From NCBI GenBank assembly GCA_965228195.1, contig OZ245797.1, positions 356,383 through 420,382 of the forward strand: DNA of 64,000 bases. Reading direction: 5' to 3'. This stretch comes from Candidatus Cloacimonadales bacterium (GTDB lineage Bacteria; Cloacimonadota; Cloacimonadia; G963667145). The position numbers and the translations under genes were made by a program. Under the pieces are notes generated by a model that was given only the letters and a program-made list of their open reading frames with translations, was not told the DNA's origin and made no database searches. Positions 62,825 to 64,000 of this stretch are shown piece by piece. How positions within the stretch are numbered: position 1 is the stretch's first letter; each line of letters begins with the position of its first letter.

Positions 62825-64000
62825 TTACTTTGCTGGTGGAGTTCCCTCACAATTAGAAACCACAGCATCAATCTGCACCAACGCTCCCATGGCAATATCT
62901 TTTACCGCAAACGCTGTTACGGCAGGAAGCTCTCCCTTGAAGAAGTTTTTGTAGGCACTGCTTACAGCATCAAGGTCGGCAATGTTCTTTAGCTGAATGT
63001 TTAGCTTAACCGTGTCGTCTATATCGTGCTCAACACTCTCAACTATAGCTTTGATGTTTTGCAAGCATTGTTTGGCTTGCTCGCCTGCGCCACCTGCTAC
63101 CAGCTTGCCGCTCTTGGCATCCAGTGGTAACTGCCCTGAGATGTGGTTGTAGTGAGAGAAGGCAACCGTGTGTGAGTATGAGGTTTTAGGAGCCTTCTCT
63201 GTGTTGCTCGCCTCTATAACCAAGAATTTGGTGTCTTCTGGTAACTGAGGTGGGGTGCCATCGCCGTGTGATACCGCCGCATCTATCTGCACCAAGGCGT
63301 TTTCGGGCAAGTTTGAGGCGTTAATAACGCTACAGGCAGGCATATAAGCAGAGAAGAACTTTGCATAAGCACTGTTTACGGCGTCAACATCGGCTAGGTT
63401 TTTTACAAAGATGGTGGTTTTAACGATGTCGTCCATCTTGTGATCGATACTCTCTAAGATAGCTTTGATGTTGCTAAGGCATTGCTCGGCTTGCTCTAAA
63501 GCCCCGCCTGAGACTATCTTTCCTGTTTTGGCATCAATTGGCAACTGAGCAGAGATGTTGTTGTAATGAGAAAAAGCTGCTGTTTGTGAAAACAGACCCT
63601 TGGGGGCGTTGTCGGTGTTGCGCGAAACCTTGATCAGATCGCAGGGATCTTGAGGAGTGGTTCCTTCTCCGTTAGAGATAAGGGCATCTATCTGCACCAA
63701 GGCACCCTCGACTGAAAAATCCTCTACTGCCAAGACATTACGCGTAGGCAAGGCGTTTTTAAAAAACGGGGTATAAACCGCATCAACAGCATCAAGGTCG
63801 GCGATGTTTTTGAGAAAGATGTTAACTTTAACCACATCGTCCATAACATGGCCAACACTTTTTACGATGCTTTCTATGTTGATAAGACACTGCTTGGCTT
63901 GTGCCTTCACATCGCCGGCTACCAGCTTGCCCGATTTTGGCTCTAGAGGTAGTTGGGCAGAAAAGTTGTTGTAATGAGAAAACGCAACGGTTTGGGTAGA
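62825..64000 (-). CDS. protein composed of tandem RidA/YjgF/TdcF (reactive-intermediate deaminase) domains; 5' end beyond window
   Basis: Three complete repeats of about 120 aa (…AKQCLxNIxxIVESVxHxMDDxVKxxIFxKNxADxDAVxxAYxxFF…) plus part of a fourth upstream of the called GTG start. The reading frame is open to the window end. The nucleotide repeat is also visible at 63101-63170, 63520-63590 and 63920-63990. Confidence 0.7.
   Translation of the reverse strand, partial: STQTVAFSHYNNFSAQLPLEPKSGKLVAGDVKAQAKQCLINIESIVKSVGHVMDDVVKVNIFLKNIADLDAVDAVYTPFFKNALPTRNVLAVEDFSVEGALVQIDALISNGEGTTPQDPCDLIKVSRNTDNAPKGLFSQTAAFSHYNNISAQLPIDAKTGKIVSGGALEQAEQCLSNIKAILESIDHKMDDIVKTTIFVKNLADVDAVNSAYAKFFSAYMPACSVINASNLPENALVQIDAAVSHGDGTPPQLPEDTKFLVIEASNTEKAPKTSYSHTVAFSHYNHISGQLPLDAKSGKLVAGGAGEQAKQCLQNIKAIVESVEHDIDDTVKLNIQLKNIADLDAVSSAYKNFFKGELPAVTAFAVKDIAMGALVQIDAVVSNCEGTPPAK

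Overview
This 64-kb window comes from a moderate-GC bacterial chromosome. The lineage cannot be assigned from sequence alone; the gene content (Bat aerotolerance operon, feoAB, DUF2723 and YfhO membrane proteins, BspA/DUF285 lipoprotein, class I split fumarase) suggests an anaerobic, possibly FCB-group-like organism. The backbone is housekeeping genes: dus, DEAD-box helicase, mutS2, valS, rimO, miaB, mnmA, kdsB, yggS and fumarase. A complete rrn operon lies on the minus strand (16S, tRNA-Ile, tRNA-Ala, 23S, 5S, about 14.6-20.3 kb), and tRNA-Lys and tRNA-Glu sit at 54.5-54.7 kb. Accessory or unusual content includes: (i) a 6.5-kb segment bounded by roughly 300-400 bp imperfect inverted repeats (2.15-2.45 kb vs 8.93-9.2 kb) that are associated with a perfect-hairpin short repeat family; (ii) inside that segment, a TetR-regulated cassette encoding an outer-membrane-type protein, a 94-aa protein ending in -GGG translationally coupled to a minimal ThiF/MoeB-type E1-like enzyme, with a divergent CPBP intramembrane protease, plus a sucrose-phosphate-synthase-like GT4 and a P-loop kinase; (iii) an AT-rich island (about 11.1-14.3 kb) abutting the 5S end, carrying an SSF transporter, hypotheticals and a probable tyrosine-recombinase remnant; (iv) a four-helix-bundle ('23S IVS protein' family) gene inserted in the 16S-23S ITS between tRNA-Ile and tRNA-Ala, flanked by 18-bp direct repeats; (v) an array of about 120-bp tandem repeats (31.75-32.88 kb) interrupted by a GxxExxY (PD-(D/E)XK-like) gene; (vi) a feo locus with an in-frame Fur-FeoA fusion, feoB, a second feoA and a feoC-like gene, with a Fur box; (vii) a full moxR-DUF58-batABCD operon; (viii) a RelE/RHH toxin-antitoxin pair; (ix) a protein of at least 4 tandem RidA domains at the window end. 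No CRISPR array was seen.
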